Source: Euryarchaeota archaeon UBA602
Lineage (GTDB): Archaea > Thermoplasmatota > Poseidoniia > Poseidoniales > Thalassarchaeaceae
NCBI GenBank assembly: GCA_002498455.1
Contig: DAHO01000045.1
Coordinates: 7,777-67,828, forward strand
DNA length: 60,052 bases
Direction of reading: 5' to 3'
The notes below the pieces were generated by a model. It was given only the letters and a program-made list of their open reading frames with translations, did not search any database and was not told the origin of the DNA. Position numbers and translations under genes: made by a program. Below are positions 56,732 to 60,052 of this stretch, piece by piece (within the stretch, counting starts at the first letter, position 1; every line of letters starts with the position of its first letter).

Positions 56732-57448
56732 ATGAGTAGGATGGATTCATCGAAGTTAATTGAACTGGCATCGGAAGCCTTTGCGCAAGGAAAACCTGTC
56801 ATGGTTTTTGATTCAGATTTTCGAGAATGTGAAACTGACTTACTCTGGCCTGCTGCTGCAGCAACACCGGCTGTGATGCGAAGACTACGCCAAGATTGTG
56901 GGGGGTTGTTATTCTTGGCAGTTGGAGACGATGTGGGCGAACAATTTGGTCTCCCATGGCTGCAAGATTTGCACACGCACCCCGCATTGGTTGAGGAGAA
57001 TCCAGTGCTTAGCAAGCTGATCACGGATGACCTACAATACGATACCCGCAGTGCGTTCACACTCTCATTAAATCACCGAGAAACGTTCACTGGAATTACC
57101 GACCATGATCGTGCTTTGACCACAAGACGATTCGGCGAATTGGCCGATGAAATGAAAGGTAGTGATGCTATAGAAGCGATGACTGCTTTGGGAAAGGAAT
57201 TCCGGACACCCGGACACATACCGCTTTGTAGAGAAGCCCCCGGGGGTTTGAAAACTCGCCAAGGCCATACAGAATTGGCGGTCGCAATTGCCAGATTGGC
57301 AGGGTTGGTCCCTTGTACGATTGGTGCAGAGATGCTGCAACCTGATGGAGATCGCGCATTGAGCGTGGAAGATGCCAGAGCCTACGCAGCCAAGCATCAA
57401 ATCCCAATGCTCACCGGTGAAGATATCATGAAAGCCTTTGGCTTGTAG
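56732..57448 (+). CDS. ribB: 3,4-dihydroxy-2-butanone 4-phosphate synthase (archaeal type)
   Basis: FDSDFRECETDL, TFTGITDHDRALT, FRTPGH, RQGHTE. Confidence 0.92.
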   Translation: MSRMDSSKLIELASEAFAQGKPVMVFDSDFRECETDLLWPAAAATPAVMRRLRQDCGGLLFLAVGDDVGEQFGLPWLQDLHTHPALVEENPVLSKLITDDLQYDTRSAFTLSLNHRETFTGITDHDRALTTRRFGELADEMKGSDAIEAMTALGKEFRTPGHIPLCREAPGGLKTRQGHTELAVAIARLAGLVPCTIGAEMLQPDGDRALSVEDARAYAAKHQIPMLTGEDIMKAFGL

Positions 57449-57457
57449 GGTGGTCAC

Positions 57458-57922
57458 ATGGTACGCGTCATGGCCGTAGGAGTGTTCGACCTACTCCACG
57501 CTGGACACTTGCATTACCTCGAACAGGCCAAGGCACTGGGAGATCATCTCACCGTGATCATCGCACATGACGATACGGTTCGAATGCGGAAGCATGAACC
57601 TGTCACCAGTCAGGATTTACGGCGACGGATGGTTTCAGGATTGAAACCTGTAGATCATGCCATGGTGGGCAATCCTCCAACGGTCCCGATGTACGACATT
57701 TTACCGCTTGTTGAACCCGATATCATCGCCATTGGATATGACCAGGAGCATGCTGAATCCGCCATTCGGGCAGGTCTCGATGAGCGTGGTTTCAATGAGA
57801 TTCAGTTGATTCGAGTCGAGGGGTTGACCGAAGATTTAGACGGAACTCGAAAAATTATCGACAAAATCCTCAGTTTGCAGTGGGCCCAAAAGCGACAGAC
57901 TGAGCTGGAAGGTGAGCAATGA
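57458..57922 (+). CDS. ribL: Archaeal FAD synthetase
   Basis: GVFDLLHAGHLHYL (HxGH), PDIIAIGYDQ; inside the riboflavin operon. Confidence 0.88.
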   Translation: MVRVMAVGVFDLLHAGHLHYLEQAKALGDHLTVIIAHDDTVRMRKHEPVTSQDLRRRMVSGLKPVDHAMVGNPPTVPMYDILPLVEPDIIAIGYDQEHAESAIRAGLDERGFNEIQLIRVEGLTEDLDGTRKIIDKILSLQWAQKRQTELEGEQ

Positions 57923-58512
57923 TGTTCACAGGTATCGTTCAAGGCACCGGTTCAGTCCATTCGATTGAAGGCGATGAAACCCTAACGTTCTCAATTGAAA
58001 TCCCATCCACTGAAGGGTTGGAAGTTGGTGGCTCCGTCTCCATTGACGGTGTTTGCTTGACGGCCACTTCGATTGGGGATTTGGTCACCTTCGACGTGAT
58101 TCCCGAAACCATTCAGCGTACAACACTCGGCTCGTTAACTCAGGGGGATTCAGTCAATGTTGAGCGCGCACTCAAATTCGGTGACGAATTGGGGGGACAT
58201 TTGCTCAGTGGGCACATCATGGGAACCGCAGAAATTACGAAAGTGGTGAACCAGGATTACACCATTTGTTGTGCTCCAGAAATGGCCGATTACATTCAGG
58301 AAAAGGGATACATTGCCGTAGATGGGATTTCACTAACCGTGGGAGAAACCGATGGAAAAGGTTCCTTTGCGGTCCACATCATTCCGGAAACCTTGCGCTT
58401 GACCACGCTTGGGAACAAGTCCGAAGGTGATCATGTCAACATTGAAATTGATGCCATGACACAGGCGGTTGTTGAGACGACAAAGAGAATGATGCAACAA
58501 CGGGAGGCATGA
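57919..58512 (+). CDS. ribE: Riboflavin synthase, bacterial alpha-chain type
   Basis: MFTGIV N-terminus, DGVCLT, GGHLLSGH, DGISLTV. Confidence 0.95.
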   Translation: MMFTGIVQGTGSVHSIEGDETLTFSIEIPSTEGLEVGGSVSIDGVCLTATSIGDLVTFDVIPETIQRTTLGSLTQGDSVNVERALKFGDELGGHLLSGHIMGTAEITKVVNQDYTICCAPEMADYIQEKGYIAVDGISLTVGETDGKGSFAVHIIPETLRLTTLGNKSEGDHVNIEIDAMTQAVVETTKRMMQQREA

Positions 58513-58913
58513 AAATGAAGATTGGAATCGTGTGTGGTTCATTCCATCGCGCAGAGGTTGAGCGGATGCTTGAATGGTCGAATGATGAAGCGAGTAAGTT
58601 TGAACTTACTGTTTCTGATGTGGTGTGGGTGCCCGGTGCCATGGAGGTTCCTTTGGCCCTCGATCGACTTCTCTGCAGAGACGATATTGATGGGGCCGCG
58701 TGCCTGGGAATCATCGAAAAGGGGCAAACCAAACACGGGCTCGCCATGGGTCAAGCCGTCATCAAGAGCATCATCGATTTACAATTGACTTGGAACAAAC
58801 CTGTCGGACTGGGCATCATTGGACCGGGTGCAAAGCCTGAGCACATTGAACCCAGATTGGAGCCGCACGCCAGGGCAGCCATTGCCGCCATCGCAGCGAT
58901 GTCTAATCCCTGA
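58509..58913 (+). CDS. ribH: 6,7-dimethyl-8-ribityllumazine synthase
   Basis: IGIVCGSF, VPGAMEVP, LGIIEKGQTKH, KPVGLGIIGPG. Confidence 0.92.
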   Translation: MKMKIGIVCGSFHRAEVERMLEWSNDEASKFELTVSDVVWVPGAMEVPLALDRLLCRDDIDGAACLGIIEKGQTKHGLAMGQAVIKSIIDLQLTWNKPVGLGIIGPGAKPEHIEPRLEPHARAAIAAIAAMSNP

Positions 58914-59946
58914 AAGGTGGGTAATAGGGGCCGCGTCTACGGAATGTGGAGTGCCTCACGCCCCGAAGAACCTGCATGTAGAATTTCCAACAGGCCCCAA
59001 AGGTACGGAAAGGATGACGCATAATCTTCCAGGGCCATGTGAATGGATTGCCCCAACCACGAATCGGATATCTCAATTGACCCATCATTTCTTTGGGTAC
59101 TTCCTCATCAACACCATAGACTTGAGGTCGCTTATCATGCGGCATGTAATAGGTCCCAAAGATGATGTCCCACAGGGGTAGAAAACCGGAGTAATTCGAA
59201 CAATGCGCTTCCTTCTCATTTGCATGATGCCAATGGTGGAATTCGGGTGTCTGTATCAGGCGATGTAGGGGTCGGAATCGCCAACTCACATTTGCGTGTA
59301 AGAACAGACCTGTGATGATTTGCAACACGGCCAATACGCCGCTGGTTTCGGGGCTGAATCCTGCGAACACTAGGAAAAAGAAACCCGGTGCTATCAGCGC
59401 GAAATCCATCGGATGAATCCTAAACCCACTGATCCAATCCATGTGCTCTGGCGAATGATGAATCGCGTGGAATTTCCACAACTCTGGAACCTCATGGTAC
59501 CAGCGATGCGCCCAATAGCCAACGAAATCGAAAAGGACGAAAGCCACCAGCGGTTGCATGCTGGATGGAATCATGTCCACCAGGCCGAAGTAACCGATGA
59601 TTAGACCGAGAACCCATGTGAAGGAGAAGAAACCGATGATGACGGCGAAAATGAGGCCGAACACATTCAGAAAGGGTGCTGAGAGGGCATAAGCAACATC
59701 CAGCCTCCACTTCGGACGGCGGACCTTCTGGCCTTTATGCCGAGGGAAGATTTTCTCCATAGGAACTACGAGAATGAATAGAATAATCGTCGTGATTAAA
59801 GATTCAAACTGATAATACCAGAGAGAAAAACCCACGATGGATAGGACCACAATTCGTCCGAGCAGCATCCAGTACCATGCGGGAGGGGCGGGCATAATTG
59901 GCAGGCCATCATCACCGATGGAGGCAGGGTCAATCATCGTCTCCAT
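58903..59946 (-). CDS. Sterol desaturase/fatty-acid hydroxylase family di-iron membrane enzyme
   Basis: His boxes HRWYH, HAIHH, FLHAN, HHWHH; NYSG..WDIIFGT. Confidence 0.92.
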   Translation of the reverse strand: METMIDPASIGDDGLPIMPAPPAWYWMLLGRIVVLSIVGFSLWYYQFESLITTIILFILVVPMEKIFPRHKGQKVRRPKWRLDVAYALSAPFLNVFGLIFAVIIGFFSFTWVLGLIIGYFGLVDMIPSSMQPLVAFVLFDFVGYWAHRWYHEVPELWKFHAIHHSPEHMDWISGFRIHPMDFALIAPGFFFLVFAGFSPETSGVLAVLQIITGLFLHANVSWRFRPLHRLIQTPEFHHWHHANEKEAHCSNYSGFLPLWDIIFGTYYMPHDKRPQVYGVDEEVPKEMMGQLRYPIRGWGNPFTWPWKIMRHPFRTFGACWKFYMQVLRGVRHSTFRRRGPYYPPFRD

Positions 59947-60052
59947 TCAACTCAAATCAAATTCTGAAAAAGCGTATATCAATTGTGTGGATGGATGTGT
60001 ATTTGTGCTCAAATGATTCTGTTTGAGCACTGTGAATGTTGAAGAGATGTCG

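Overview
Gene-dense chromosomal segment of an archaeon, inferred to be Marine Group II (Ca. Poseidoniales, Thermoplasmatota). The inference rests on archaeal informational genes (rpl10e, rps6e, aIF2-gamma, Cdc6/Orc1, Dph2, RPA, A1Ao ATP synthase), acidic proteins, and bacterial-type enzymes (MutS1, class II HMG-CoA reductase, RNase PH, riboflavin synthase alpha chain, MogA). It holds about 56 CDSs and tRNA-Phe(GAA), including smc-scpA-scpB, the nine-gene A-type ATP synthase operon, a prenyl/quinone cluster, a minimal Tad/type IV pilus module, an RPA operon and a riboflavin operon. No CRISPR array, integrase, transposase or prophage was seen. Best leads: (1) an 11-bp-phased TAACG/GTTAAC repeat array around an 85% AT core (13837-14012), directly upstream of a degenerate AAA+/winged-helix gene and lying between cdc6 and smc-scpAB; it is a candidate non-ORB origin, operator or chromosome-organisation site. 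(2) A nested multi-stem RNA leader before the RPA operon (47654-47774). (3) A phage tail-tube/hub-like small protein translationally coupled to tadB-tadC-tadA. (4) A triple-SAP-domain protein. (5) Several intact ORFs that have lost catalytic or selectivity motifs: an NPA-less aquaporin-like protein, an HExxH-less site-2 protease and a HemC-like protein without its cofactor Cys. All family calls come from motif recognition by eye; no database searches were run.
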